Virus record (IMG/VR): IMGVR_UViG_3300009370_001679
Span: 1 to 64,000 of that record
Length of the DNA: 64,000 nucleotides
From: a virus
Taxonomy: Duplodnaviria; Caudoviricetes
Strand: one strand, 5' to 3'
Numbering within the stretch: the stretch's first letter is position 1; each line of letters starts with the position of its first letter. This document shows, one piece after another, positions 1 through 9,737 of this stretch. A program made the translations under genes and the position numbers. The notes beneath the pieces are model-generated. The model was given only the letters and a program-made list of their open reading frames with translations, made no database searches and was not told the origin of the DNA.

Positions 1-1
1 T

Positions 2-1327
2 AGACTTAATAATAATGCTGATGATGCCAGTATGATATATGCAGAGGCTGGTGCAGATGTTAAGTTATACTACAATGGTAGTGCAAAAATGGAGACCACA
101 AACACCGGTATTGATGTGAGTGGTAATCTAGTATTAAATACAGATGCATCCCTGATTAAGTTCGGCGTTGATTCTGAAATTACCCTTACTCATGTACATG
201 ACTCAGGACTAACGTTGAGTCATACGGCTGGCGGGGACAATAAACCTATTTTATTGACGCTAGCCACGGGTGAAACAACGCTTATAGCCGACGAGGTACT
301 GTCTAAAATAGCATTTCAAGCACCATCGGAAGCTTCTGGTGGAGATTCAGTAGAGGTGGCGGCTGCTATACAGGCGGTAGCAGAAGGAGCGTTTAATACA
401 ACTTCTAACGCAACCCGTTTAGAGTTTATGACTGGCTCTAGCGAGGCAGCTACTGCTAAGGTTACGATTACAAGCGATGGTCATATCGTTCCTAGTACTA
501 CCAATACAATTGACTTAGGAACTTCAAGCGTTGAATTTAAAGACGCCTATTTTGACGGTACTGTAACTTCAGATGCTTTTGCTGGACCTCTTACGGGCAA
601 CGTTACGGGCGATGCTTCTGGTAGTTCGGGTAGTTGTACGGGTAACGCCGCCACCTCCACGCTGGCAACCAGTATTACGGTCAGCGCTAACAATACTGCC
701 GATGAAACCGTTTATCCGCTCTTTGTAGACGGGGCGACGGGATCTCAGGGCGCTGAGACTGACACAGGATTAACATATAATCCTAGCACGGGGCTTCTTA
801 CGGCCGCCGGATTTAGTGGGCCGTTGACCGGCAACGTTACGGGCAACGCAAGCGGTACCGCTCTGACTGTTACACAAGCCGCTCAATCAGCAATTACATC
901 AGTAGGAACCCTAACTAGCGTGGTTGTTGCCGATGGGGGAAATATTGGCTCTGCTTCTGATACCGACGCTATGGCCATCTCTTCTGGTGGAAATGTTACT
1001 TTCTCTAAAGCAACCAAGCCCGCCCTTAAAGCCAATTCAGATGGGGCTACAATTACGTTTGATGTAAATGAAGCAAACGTGCATACGGTTACTCTGGGTG
1101 ACAATAGAACGCTCGCCATATCAAATGAAACCGCTGGTCAAAAATTTATACTTAGATTACAGCAAGACGCCACCGGCAGTAGGACAGTCACTTGGTTTAG
1201 TACAATTAAATGGGCTGGAGGTTCTGCTCCCACCTTGACTACTACGGCAAATAAGGCAGATGTAGTTGGATTTCTTGTTACGGGAACAGATACATATGAT
1301 GGATTCGTAGTAGGACAAAATATATAA
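2..1327 (+). CDS. Tail fibre-like protein, 5'-truncated by the window edge
   Basis: Frame is open from base 2 (RLNNNADDASM...); GADVKLYYNGSAKMETTNTG fibre repeat; GPLTGNVTG repeats; C-terminal domain LQQDATGSRTVTW..IKWAGGSAPTLTT typical of phage fibres. Confidence 0.75.
   Translation, partial: RLNNNADDASMIYAEAGADVKLYYNGSAKMETTNTGIDVSGNLVLNTDASLIKFGVDSEITLTHVHDSGLTLSHTAGGDNKPILLTLATGETTLIADEVLSKIAFQAPSEASGGDSVEVAAAIQAVAEGAFNTTSNATRLEFMTGSSEAATAKVTITSDGHIVPSTTNTIDLGTSSVEFKDAYFDGTVTSDAFAGPLTGNVTGDASGSSGSCTGNAATSTLATSITVSANNTADETVYPLFVDGATGSQGAETDTGLTYNPSTGLLTAAGFSGPLTGNVTGNASGTALTVTQAAQSAITSVGTLTSVVVADGGNIGSASDTDAMAISSGGNVTFSKATKPALKANSDGATITFDVNEANVHTVTLGDNRTLAISNETAGQKFILRLQQDATGSRTVTWFSTIKWAGGSAPTLTTTANKADVVGFLVTGTDTYDGFVVGQNI
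578..856 (+). repeat. Internal peptide repeat F[AS]GPLTGNVTG[DN]ASG, two copies (578-622, 812-856)
   Basis: Seen directly in the translation; synonymous codons differ between copies. Confidence 0.7.
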
Positions 1328-1848
1328 TGACACAATATGCAAGACCAGACAGCGATGTTTCTGATGGAAACTGGTATAATTCAGCCGGGAACCAAACCAA
1401 TCTTTATTCATATGTAGATGAAACAAGCGCGAGTGACTCAGACTATATTTATGCTGATGATAATTTTGGTTCTACCGAAACATGCATTCTAGGGCTTGGT
1501 AGCGTGACAGACCCTAGCAGCGCTACTTTACATAAGTTTACCGTTAGAGCTAAGGAGAATAGTGGTTTTGGAGGAGTAGACTTTATAGTAACATTACAGC
1601 AGGGTGGCAGCGATATAGCTACGTCATCGACCCATGCTCCGTCTTCCAGTTTTGCAAACTTCACAACAACACTGAGTGCATCACAAGCTAATTCCATTAC
1701 TGATTATGGTGCTCTTAGATTAAAGATAGAGGCGACTGATAATTTTGGAACAGGGGCTAGAACTTCAGTGTCTCACGCATACTTTGAGTGCCCAGACGCC
1801 AGTGTGGCAGCTGTTAGCAATCCAGCATTTTTATTATTTTTAGATTAA
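1327..1848 (+). CDS. Hypothetical virion-associated beta-rich protein
   Basis: 173-aa ORF translationally coupled (TAATG) to the fibre gene; S/T/D-rich; hydrophobic C-terminal tail PAFLLFLD. Confidence 0.6.
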   Translation: MTQYARPDSDVSDGNWYNSAGNQTNLYSYVDETSASDSDYIYADDNFGSTETCILGLGSVTDPSSATLHKFTVRAKENSGFGGVDFIVTLQQGGSDIATSSTHAPSSSFANFTTTLSASQANSITDYGALRLKIEATDNFGTGARTSVSHAYFECPDASVAAVSNPAFLLFLD

Positions 1849-1851
1849 ACG

Positions 1852-1860
1852 TTGTGTATA
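1852..1860 (+). promoter_or_regulatory. Putative phage late-promoter motif TTGTGTATA
   Basis: Intergenic, ~47 nt before ATG 1907; same motif recurs in four other intergenic gaps. Confidence 0.55.
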
Positions 1861-1906
1861 TAACATTAAGCGATTGGTAACATTTTAACTTAAAAGGGGG
1901 CTATAA

Positions 1907-2467
1907 ATGAGTTTTTCAGCAGCCCCATTTTCGTCGGCACCCTTTTCTTCTGTACCGGTAGTTAGCACAACAACTATTTCAGGGGCTGCCAGTATTTCGG
2001 CATCAGTCGCAGTTTCTGCTGCTGGATCAACCAAGAAAAGCGCAGCTGCATCTATCTCAGGCTCCATAGCAGTTTCTGTTACTGCGAAAGCTAAGAACAC
2101 TGGCGCGACATCTATAACGGCAACAATCTCAGTCACCAAAGCAGAGGCGATGACCAAGAAACTTGGATCTGCCTCTATATCGGGTTCAATTTCCACCGCA
2201 ACAACGGGAACCGTCAAAAGGTTTGCCGCCTCTAGCCTGACCGCTAGTGCAACCATATCTGCTGCTGGTACCGTCTCCGATAACATCCTTGGCGCAGCTT
2301 CATTGCTTACTAGCTCTAGCATTTCGGTTGCTGGAAAAATAAGTCAATTCCCAGATACCGAAGAGTTTATTGTGTATATCAATACGGATATAGGCAAGAT
2401 TGCGTCTATTAATACAGCAAAAAATGTGGACGCTAGCATAGAAACATTAAGAATATTTGAGGGGTAA
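1907..2467 (+). CDS. Ser/Ala/Thr-rich repetitive structural protein
   Basis: N-terminal FSAAPFSSAPFSS; repeated GAASIS/A-type beta strands; AAGGGGG SD upstream. Confidence 0.6.
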   Translation: MSFSAAPFSSAPFSSVPVVSTTTISGAASISASVAVSAAGSTKKSAAASISGSIAVSVTAKAKNTGATSITATISVTKAEAMTKKLGSASISGSISTATTGTVKRFAASSLTASATISAAGTVSDNILGAASLLTSSSISVAGKISQFPDTEEFIVYINTDIGKIASINTAKNVDASIETLRIFEG

Positions 2468-2469
2468 CT

Positions 2470-2778
2470 ATGGCATCTAACGAAATACATGTTAACGATA
2501 TAGGGACTACTTTCCAACTAACGTTCAAAGACGACGGCTCTGTTGTTGATATTAGCTCTGCCACTATTACTATAATGCTTCAGGGGCCCGACGATGCGAC
2601 ACTATCAAAAACTGGCGTTCTTGTTAATACTGGTACTGATGGAAAAGCTAAATATGTAACAGTTTCTGGAGACTTATCTTCCCCGGGAACTTGGAAACTT
2701 CAGGGAAAACTCGTGATTGGGGCTACCACCTATTTTAGTGATGTCCATACTTTTATGGTTCATAAGAATTTAGTATAA
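2470..2778 (+). CDS. BppU N-terminal-like (baseplate upper/adaptor) Ig-fold protein
   Basis: Pattern D.GT..QLT..DDG..VDIS.AT.....G...Y.....DL...GTW..Q resembles BppU_N domains. Confidence 0.55.
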   Translation: MASNEIHVNDIGTTFQLTFKDDGSVVDISSATITIMLQGPDDATLSKTGVLVNTGTDGKAKYVTVSGDLSSPGTWKLQGKLVIGATTYFSDVHTFMVHKNLV

Positions 2779-2790
2779 AGGGATAAGCAT

Positions 2791-3852
2791 ATGGCCAATG
2801 TAGCAAAAACGATAGGCACAACAGGGCGAGACTATAGCACTATAGCTGCTTGGGAATCTGATTTGTCCGACACCAGTATTTATGCGTCTGGAGCTGATGC
2901 AGAGGGAGATTGTTATGATGACAGTGATTTTACTGAAAATGTATCTATCACTGGAACGTTTGATCTTTCAAGCATAACCCTGACAGCTGACCCATCTGCT
3001 AGACACGACGGAACAATTGGATCGGGAGTCGTTATTAAACCCTCAAGCCCAACTTCTTATGTTATTAATGTCCATGAAAGCAACACTACCATTTCTTGGT
3101 TAGAAATAAACGGAAATGATAGCGGTGCATACGGCGTGAAATTTAACACGGGGCTCTCTAGTATTTTTGTTCAGAACTGTTTAATGCATAACTTTGGAAG
3201 CACATCTGACGCTTCTACAGATGTTTACGTTATGAGAAATCTTAGCCCTACGAATTTTACTAATAATTTTATTTTTAATAACACTAGCGGGTCAAGCGCA
3301 GATCTTTTTGTTCATCATTCTTCTACTTCGGTGGCGTCTTATGCGTACAACAATACATATTATCATAACAACGTGGGAGACAATAGCTCAAACAACGGGT
3401 ATATATTTTATGGTACTTTAAACAATGCGGGCTCTGTAGCTAAGAACCTAGTGATATTAAGATATGATAATAACTACTGGGACGCTAAACATGGTAGTGC
3501 TACTTTAGACTATTGGGGTGCGGTTGGGGCTATAACTGGAGTAAGCAATGTCACAACAGATACATACGCCAACTCTTTTATTGACACCTCTACTAGCGAT
3601 CCTGATTTACACTTAAAGACTGGCTGTAATTTTATAGGGGCGGCTGTAGATTTAGGGACAACACCCACAAATGTAGAAATAGATATTAATGCTAACAATA
3701 GGGATTCTGCTGGAGTTACGTGGGACTTAGGTGCTCATGAATTCGAGCTTCCCATTGCTTCCACAGGGAAAAAGATAAAAGCGAATACGAGATTTCACCT
3801 TTTTCATGGCGTGGAAGGTTTTGGGGCCTTTTCTACCGAGTTTAACTTTTAA
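2791..3852 (+). CDS. Parallel beta-helix (pectin lyase-like) virion protein
   Basis: DYSTIAAW N-terminal cap, Asn-rich NNxxxNN ladders, DLHL and DIN..NR.....WDLGAHE C-terminal motif typical of beta-helix proteins. Confidence 0.6.
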   Translation: MANVAKTIGTTGRDYSTIAAWESDLSDTSIYASGADAEGDCYDDSDFTENVSITGTFDLSSITLTADPSARHDGTIGSGVVIKPSSPTSYVINVHESNTTISWLEINGNDSGAYGVKFNTGLSSIFVQNCLMHNFGSTSDASTDVYVMRNLSPTNFTNNFIFNNTSGSSADLFVHHSSTSVASYAYNNTYYHNNVGDNSSNNGYIFYGTLNNAGSVAKNLVILRYDNNYWDAKHGSATLDYWGAVGAITGVSNVTTDTYANSFIDTSTSDPDLHLKTGCNFIGAAVDLGTTPTNVEIDINANNRDSAGVTWDLGAHEFELPIASTGKKIKANTRFHLFHGVEGFGAFSTEFNF

Positions 3853-3868
3853 TATTATTTATAGGACA

Positions 3869-3879
3869 TTTTGTGTATA
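3869..3879 (+). promoter_or_regulatory. Putative late-promoter motif TTTTGTGTATA
   Basis: Intergenic, ~40 nt before ATG 3918. Confidence 0.6.
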
Positions 3880-3917
3880 GTTAGATAGTATTAACTTTAT
3901 TTAGAAAGGAAATTATA

Positions 3918-4427
3918 ATGGCTTGGACAACAGATTTGGTTCTTTTTGTCAGAACGCTAATTGGAGATTTAGATAGCTCCAAATATGCGGACTCTAGACT
4001 AGAGCAGATTATAGCTGTAGCCGCCTATAAGGTGTACGATCAAGCTGATTTTAATTATACATACGTAGTAGATATTGCAACAAAAGAAATTACCCCAGAT
4101 CCAGTAGATAACAAAGATACGGATTTCACTGTGCTTACAGCTTATCAGGCTGCCTGTATTATCTTGGGGAGCGAAGTAAAGACAGAATCGGCAAACTCCC
4201 TATCTTTAAGAGATGGCCCTTCTGCTATTGATCTTAGGGGTGTATCAACAGCCCTGAATAGTTTATATCAAGATCTTTCTACAAAATTTGAAGAGTTAAT
4301 GAATACTTATAAAACAACTAACAGCATACACGGTCAGGCAGTTCTTGGTCCTTATAGTCCCGGAAGCGCTGGTATCGGAAATTCTTACGGGTACGGTGGT
4401 CGATCAGGCTCTGTATTTGGAAATTAA
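3918..4427 (+). CDS. Putative head-tail adaptor/neck protein
   Basis: VRTLIGD...Y.DSRL start resembles head-tail connector proteins; first gene of the neck block; AAGGA SD. Confidence 0.5.
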   Translation: MAWTTDLVLFVRTLIGDLDSSKYADSRLEQIIAVAAYKVYDQADFNYTYVVDIATKEITPDPVDNKDTDFTVLTAYQAACIILGSEVKTESANSLSLRDGPSAIDLRGVSTALNSLYQDLSTKFEELMNTYKTTNSIHGQAVLGPYSPGSAGIGNSYGYGGRSGSVFGN

Positions 4428-4443
4428 TAAAAGGAGATAAATA

Positions 4444-4671
4444 ATGGCTATAGACGTAGCACAAAAAGCTAAAACTGGTGATGATCAGCCGAATGGTGGA
4501 GAAGGTATTGTTGGTGTCGCAGGAGCTAAAGGCTTAACTGCCGCCAATAAAATTGATTCCAATCATTCTGTTTCTGCTGGAAAATCAGCATCTTTAATTG
4601 ACCAACCAATAGACGTAATGTATTCAAATCTCAAAGATAGATTTGATGATTATAATACTTATAGCGCATAA
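4444..4671 (+). CDS. Small hypothetical protein
   Basis: 75-aa ORF with AAGGAG SD, in operon context. Confidence 0.6.
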   Translation: MAIDVAQKAKTGDDQPNGGEGIVGVAGAKGLTAANKIDSNHSVSAGKSASLIDQPIDVMYSNLKDRFDDYNTYSA

Positions 4672-4682
4672 GGAGAACTAAT

Positions 4683-4976
4683 ATGGCAGCCGTACCAAAT
4701 TTTTTAACCGGCAGAAAAAGCAGTATCGGCACAACTGCTCTGCAACTAACAACGACTAGCCATGTATCGCGTGGTGTTCAAATTATAGCTGACTCTACTA
4801 ACGCAGTTAAGATTTATGTAGGTCTTTCTACGGTTACTACTGATGCCGCAGATGGAACCGATGGGTTCCCATTAGCTGCCGGAGAAAGTATTGTGATTCC
4901 GGTTAGTGATCCCAGTTTAGTGTATGTTAGAGCCCCAAGTGGAACTAGTTCAAAAGTATTCTTTATAGCGGTATAA
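4683..4976 (+). CDS. Small beta-sandwich structural protein (hypothetical)
   Basis: 97 aa, AAGGAG SD; IYVG...GFPL.AGES motif common in phage decoration-like proteins. Confidence 0.55.
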   Translation: MAAVPNFLTGRKSSIGTTALQLTTTSHVSRGVQIIADSTNAVKIYVGLSTVTTDAADGTDGFPLAAGESIVIPVSDPSLVYVRAPSGTSSKVFFIAV

Positions 4977-4979
4977 AAT

Positions 4980-5492
4980 ATGCCTATAGTAATCCCTACA
5001 GGCGTTTTTAACGTCTATAATGAGGCGGTCACTCTTTTTGAGAGGGTCGCCACATTGGTATATCCAGAAAAAAAAGAGCAGTGCCCTAACTGTTATTTGG
5101 ATACTCTAGGTACTCGCACGCGATCTGTTAGCGTATACAAGACTGGTGGTCCTTATCCTTTTGGCAGAGGTATGCCGTGCCCTTACTGTGATGGGAAGGG
5201 ATACAAGGCTATTGAAGTTGAAGAGGACGTGAATATTAGAATATACTGGGAACCTCGCCAATGGAAAGATATTGGCATGTCTATAAATTTACCAGAGGGC
5301 TCAATACAGGTAATATCAAAAATGACAGACTTACCAAAGCTAGATAAGGCTAAATATCTAATACCTAAGTCTTATGGGGATATAAGTAATTACCACACGA
5401 TGCAGTTTACTAAGGCTAGTGCCGCTTATCCTCAGGGGTTTAAGCAAAACCCAGAGAAGTACGCCGTTACCTTTTGGACAAGGAATGGATAA
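4980..5492 (+). CDS. Putative head-closure/neck protein with a Zn-finger insertion
   Basis: Position in neck block; CPNC and CPYCDGKG motifs. Confidence 0.45.
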   Translation: MPIVIPTGVFNVYNEAVTLFERVATLVYPEKKEQCPNCYLDTLGTRTRSVSVYKTGGPYPFGRGMPCPYCDGKGYKAIEVEEDVNIRIYWEPRQWKDIGMSINLPEGSIQVISKMTDLPKLDKAKYLIPKSYGDISNYHTMQFTKASAAYPQGFKQNPEKYAVTFWTRNG

Positions 5493-5494
5493 CA

Positions 5495-6115
5495 ATGGCT
5501 AACATTAAACTAATACAGAGTGTCGCCCAAATAGAGAAAGAGATTATGCAAGCTCTTATTAAAGAGGTTAATTATGTCTTTAGAAACTCTATGGGTAAAA
5601 TGCTATCGCCAATAAGAAGGATCGTTTCGTCTGCAATAGAATCAAGTCCAGTGATATCATCGCTAAATGGAGGCGTTCTTAGAGCTGACTTTGGTATCCC
5701 TAAAGGCAAAGACGTCACAAGCGCGATTGTTGCGTCTGTTGCAAATTCCACAGTCATTAGTATGAAAAGATTTTCAGTCGCAGGTAAAAAGATTTCGGGC
5801 GGCCTCTTTGTATATGTACAGCCTTCTAGCTTTGCTAATTTATTATCTCTATCAGTCGGAGAGGTTATTACAGAAAAGGGAACACGATTACCTTGGCTAG
5901 ACTGGTTGCTTAATCTGGGAGATCAGGTCATTATTGCTGATTTTGGGGTTGAATATACAAACGCCGGAAGAAGTGGTGCTGGTCACATGACATCGCAGGC
6001 GAGGCCCTTTAAGGTTAATACTAGTTTCTCTGGAACTACCGGAAATAACTTTATTACCAGAGCGCTAGATAGCCATGTGGGCGAAATCGCTAAGGTTATA
6101 GAGAGGAGTATATAA
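5495..6115 (+). CDS. Putative tail-completion/neck protein
   Basis: Likely start at ATG 5495 rather than TTG 5474; C-terminal GT..NNFITRA resembles tail-completion proteins; position. Confidence 0.45.
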   Translation: MANIKLIQSVAQIEKEIMQALIKEVNYVFRNSMGKMLSPIRRIVSSAIESSPVISSLNGGVLRADFGIPKGKDVTSAIVASVANSTVISMKRFSVAGKKISGGLFVYVQPSSFANLLSLSVGEVITEKGTRLPWLDWLLNLGDQVIIADFGVEYTNAGRSGAGHMTSQARPFKVNTSFSGTTGNNFITRALDSHVGEIAKVIERSI

Positions 6116-7107
6116 TGGCAGAAAACGAACAATATAAACATCTAAATGCAATTGCAAACACACAAGATGCCAATCTGTCAAATACCCTTCTAGAAAACTT
6201 TATATCTTTTTATGATTGGGGCTTTACTGATGTCGGCGCCTTCTATAATATAGAAATCCCTCAGTCTGGCATCTATGGTGGAGATAGACATAAGCTCCGT
6301 GCTATTGATGATCCTAATTATACAGATGGTCAGGCATGGGAAGCTTATCGTTCTAACTGGGTCTGGGAAACAGGAGTGTTGAACTCAGAGCAGCCTATAC
6401 GTATTTCTGGCGTTTTTGTTGGGGGTACGTTTAGGGCTACCGGCAACGTAGAACAGCCCTATCACATAAATTATCCAGACGGTAGAGTTATTTTTGATAC
6501 TGCTATTTCTACCAGTACTGAAGTTAAACTAGAATATGCACATAAATGGGTTAATGTTATTCCGGCAGAGGGTGTGCCTTGGTTTAGGCAAATTCAGCAA
6601 GGCTCTTTTAGGTCTGATAATGGAACATTTACACAGTTTGGCTCTGGAGACTGGGCACAGTTAGGTCAAACCAGAGTTCAGCTACCCGCTATTGCTGTAG
6701 AGATAGACCCTACAAAATCATTACAGGGCTATCAATTAGGTGGTGGACAGTTAATAAATTCAGACGTAGTTTTCTATGTTGTTGCAGAAAATCACTGGGA
6801 ATGTAGCAATTTAATGGATCAAATAGCCTATCAAAACGATAGAAATATTTGGTTGTTTGATACAAATAAAATAGCTATATCTGGGGTATATCCCTTTGAT
6901 TACAGGGGAGAGCTTAATGAGCACGCCCTACCTAGCGGTCTTTACCCTCAGTTAGTAGATGATGCTCCAAACCCAGACGACACCTCTTATAATTTTAGGT
7001 ACAGAAGATGCTTTATAAGCGACACAAGAGCGCAACCTATAACAGAAGTATCACCAGATCTATACATGGGAACAGTTCGATGTTCCACGCAAGTTAAAGC
7101 AATATAG
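6115..7107 (+). CDS. Putative tail terminator-like protein
   Basis: Directly upstream of the tail tube gene; LPAIAVE motif; inserted Y.INYPDGRVIF beta domain. Confidence 0.45.
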   Translation: MAENEQYKHLNAIANTQDANLSNTLLENFISFYDWGFTDVGAFYNIEIPQSGIYGGDRHKLRAIDDPNYTDGQAWEAYRSNWVWETGVLNSEQPIRISGVFVGGTFRATGNVEQPYHINYPDGRVIFDTAISTSTEVKLEYAHKWVNVIPAEGVPWFRQIQQGSFRSDNGTFTQFGSGDWAQLGQTRVQLPAIAVEIDPTKSLQGYQLGGGQLINSDVVFYVVAENHWECSNLMDQIAYQNDRNIWLFDTNKIAISGVYPFDYRGELNEHALPSGLYPQLVDDAPNPDDTSYNFRYRRCFISDTRAQPITEVSPDLYMGTVRCSTQVKAI

Positions 7108-7122
7108 CTCATTTTTTATGTT

Positions 7123-7133
7123 TTTTGTGTATA
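7123..7133 (+). promoter_or_regulatory. Putative late-promoter motif TTTTGTGTATA
   Basis: Intergenic, ~60 nt before the tail tube ATG. Confidence 0.6.
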
Positions 7134-7191
7134 TATTTATAACCAAGCCAGAGGTGGATAGTTATACATATATGTTAACAAGGAGACAATT

Positions 7192-8220
7192 ATGGCGCTG
7201 AATAATAGAATTTTCTATGCGTGTCAAGCAGTCGCAATCTGTAAAGAGGGTCATACCCCTTTAGCGGGATTGGGTGCAAACGCTGCGATGATAAAAGGTG
7301 TCCAGTCGGTTGGTATCACGAGTAACTTTACTCTTGACCAAGCGTTCGAGTTGGGCCAAATTGAAATCTACGAGAACTCGGAAGAAATTGCCGACATCGA
7401 AGTTACAATTGAAAAAGTTATTGACGGGGAGAAGCTTATTTATGGAGCGGCTTGTGGTAATAGTGTCAAAACTGACATGGTTGCAGCGGGCAAAAACAAA
7501 TGTGATATCTACTTAGGTATCTATACAGACGCAGATTCTACAACGGATAGTGATGCACCACTTCAAGTTGTAATGTGTTCTGGTATGTTTATTAGCTCTG
7601 TTTCTTACACTTATCCCTCTGATGGTAATGCTACAGAATCATGTTCCTTTGTTGGAAATGATAAATTCTGGACAGACAATACCGCCGGTGTTGTGCCAAA
7701 TCCAAAAACTAGTTACGGTTCTCCGGCAAGTGGTTTTGATGGTACTGACACTCCAGCATCTGGTCTTGTAAGAAGAACAAATGTTGATGTTGAAAACTGT
7801 ACCCTTCCTACAGCCGTGAAGTCACAATCTTCAGGTGCCGGTGGAAAGAGTCAGGGTCATCATATCGTAAGTATGAGTGCAAGTACTGACTTTGGTCGTG
7901 AAAGCATCATGGAACTCGGTAAATTTGGTCCTTATCACAGATACGCAGGCTTCCCAGTTGAAGTAACTAGCGAATTTGAGGTAACGGCAGCTAGTGGTGA
8001 CTTGGTTAATGTTTCAGGTAGTCATCCTAACCTTCCCGCCGTTGGCGAGCAGATTACACTCAAAGATGATGCCGGTACGGTTATTGACTTAGGTGCTAAG
8101 AACAAGCTATCTTCGGTTTCTTACTCTGGTGGTGACACTGGTGGTGGAAACGCAACAGTTACTTATTCTTACTCGACTTTCAATACGTTCAACATCAATG
8201 GTGGTGGAACTTACTGGTAG
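7192..8220 (+). CDS. Major tail tube protein (putative)
   Basis: 342 aa, beta-rich; GVQSVG...F.LDQAFELGQ and a second ESIMELG copy; strong AAGGAG SD; own promoter motif; canonical position before chaperones and tape measure. Confidence 0.65.
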   Translation: MALNNRIFYACQAVAICKEGHTPLAGLGANAAMIKGVQSVGITSNFTLDQAFELGQIEIYENSEEIADIEVTIEKVIDGEKLIYGAACGNSVKTDMVAAGKNKCDIYLGIYTDADSTTDSDAPLQVVMCSGMFISSVSYTYPSDGNATESCSFVGNDKFWTDNTAGVVPNPKTSYGSPASGFDGTDTPASGLVRRTNVDVENCTLPTAVKSQSSGAGGKSQGHHIVSMSASTDFGRESIMELGKFGPYHRYAGFPVEVTSEFEVTAASGDLVNVSGSHPNLPAVGEQITLKDDAGTVIDLGAKNKLSSVSYSGGDTGGGNATVTYSYSTFNTFNINGGGTYW

Positions 8221-8227
8221 TAGATAA

Positions 8228-8284
8228 TTCGCGATAGTCGCTAGCACACAATTCGGGACGTGTGCAGCGGCAAGCGAAAAAAAA
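8228..8284 (+). other. Long imperfect RNA hairpin followed by A8
   Basis: TTCGC/GCGAA, GTCGCT/AGCGGC and GCACAC/GTGTGC stems, directly after the tube stop codon. Confidence 0.55.
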
Positions 8285-8313
8285 GACGTTGGAATGGATT
8301 AAGGAAGGTTTAG

Positions 8314-9363
8314 ATGTCAAACATAGATATCGAAAAAGCTTTATATAGAATTATACAAGGTCGCTTGCGCTATAAGGTGCGAGACGGCCTTGTTCTATAT
8401 ATACATGAGCCTACACCAGAGATAATCTATGAGTCTTATGATGTTTATGATGAAGCTTACGAAAAGGCCTACTGGAGAGGTGTCTACGTCAAAGAAGAAG
8501 TCCTCCCCATACTCTTAGAAAATAATTACTGGAGCCCTTTAGACGACAAAGAGGCAGAAAAAGTTCAGAAGCAGATTGAAGATAAAAAGCTAGAAGCCTT
8601 TAAGCAGTTCGTCCACAAGAAGCAGCTCGCCGCCATTAAGAGGGAGATATTCTACCTAGAGAAAAAATGGCAAAAGCTATATCTAAAAAAGAATTCGCTA
8701 GACCATATAACGTGTGCGGGGTGCGCAGACCTAACTAGAAACCAATGGCTTATTGGCAAGACGACAAGATTTCCCGATGGAGCTCTCTATGATTGGAAAG
8801 AAGCCTCTATTCCCAGCGCTACGAACTATAGAGCCTCTAACGCTATTTCACAAGAGATGTATAGGTCTGTCGCTAGGTCTGATACTTGGCGAGGAATGTG
8901 GGGTGCGGGCAAGGGAACAGAAATATTTGGAGTGCCCTTTTCTAGAATTACGCAAGAACAAGCCAGACTTTGTATGTATGCTAGAATGTATGACAACGTG
9001 GCGGAAAGTCCAGAAGCCCCCACAGAGGAAATAATAGCGGATGATATTTGTCTTGATGGGTGGTTCATAGATCAGAAGAAAAAACAAGATAAGCAGAAAA
9101 AGCAAAACCAAGTTGACGGGATGATCTCGAATGATAAGATTAGAAATTCCGGAGAGGTATTTGTTATGGCTCAAGACAACGAAGACGCCCAACAAATATA
9201 TGACCTTAATGATGGGATGGCCAGAAGCACGGTAAAACAGAGACAAGCACAGATAGAAGGGCAAGAGGATCTGATGAAGTTCCAAGAGCTTGCAGACGTT
9301 AAACAAGACATATCAATACAAAGACAACAACAGTTTAGTCAATCACTTAAAAATAGGAGATAA
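8314..9363 (+). CDS. Tail assembly chaperone-like protein (paralog of 9730-10734)
   Basis: Between tube and tape measure; N-terminal region aligns without gaps to the 334-aa ORF. Confidence 0.5.
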   Translation: MSNIDIEKALYRIIQGRLRYKVRDGLVLYIHEPTPEIIYESYDVYDEAYEKAYWRGVYVKEEVLPILLENNYWSPLDDKEAEKVQKQIEDKKLEAFKQFVHKKQLAAIKREIFYLEKKWQKLYLKKNSLDHITCAGCADLTRNQWLIGKTTRFPDGALYDWKEASIPSATNYRASNAISQEMYRSVARSDTWRGMWGAGKGTEIFGVPFSRITQEQARLCMYARMYDNVAESPEAPTEEIIADDICLDGWFIDQKKKQDKQKKQNQVDGMISNDKIRNSGEVFVMAQDNEDAQQIYDLNDGMARSTVKQRQAQIEGQEDLMKFQELADVKQDISIQRQQQFSQSLKNRR

Positions 9364-9374
9364 AGGAATGAAAA

Positions 9375-9737
9375 ATGGATGATTACAATGCTTTACTGAA
9401 GCAGTCTCTTGATCTAAAAGGCAAGAGACAGGAAAAGTATAAAGAGCTATCGAAGGATAGACTGTATAAAATAGCTAAGAAAAAAATACAGACAACTATG
9501 ATCGGCGCTTTAGATACGATAGAGAAGAGCTTTGGTTTTTTGTGGGAATCTGATGAAGAATTAACTAATGAGCAAGTTCAACTTAAAGCTATTTTTGAAG
9601 ATGCTCGATCACAAATTCTAGATCGGGGAAATACCCAAATGAGAAACCTAGAGGCGGAAATGACGCAGTACGACATTTCTTGGAACAGACACACAATTAA
9701 TTTACCAGTAATAGAAAGAGGAGAAGATAATGAGTGA
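9375..9737 (+). CDS. Hypothetical helical protein in the tail assembly region
   Basis: 120 aa, AAGGA SD, overlaps next gene. Confidence 0.6.
   Translation: MDDYNALLKQSLDLKGKRQEKYKELSKDRLYKIAKKKIQTTMIGALDTIEKSFGFLWESDEELTNEQVQLKAIFEDARSQILDRGNTQMRNLEAEMTQYDISWNRHTINLPVIERGEDNE

Noticed and set aside
8684-8740. A-AAA-AAG in the 349-aa ORF
   Set aside because: The -1 frame stops after about 16 codons and would only truncate the domain shared with the paralog.
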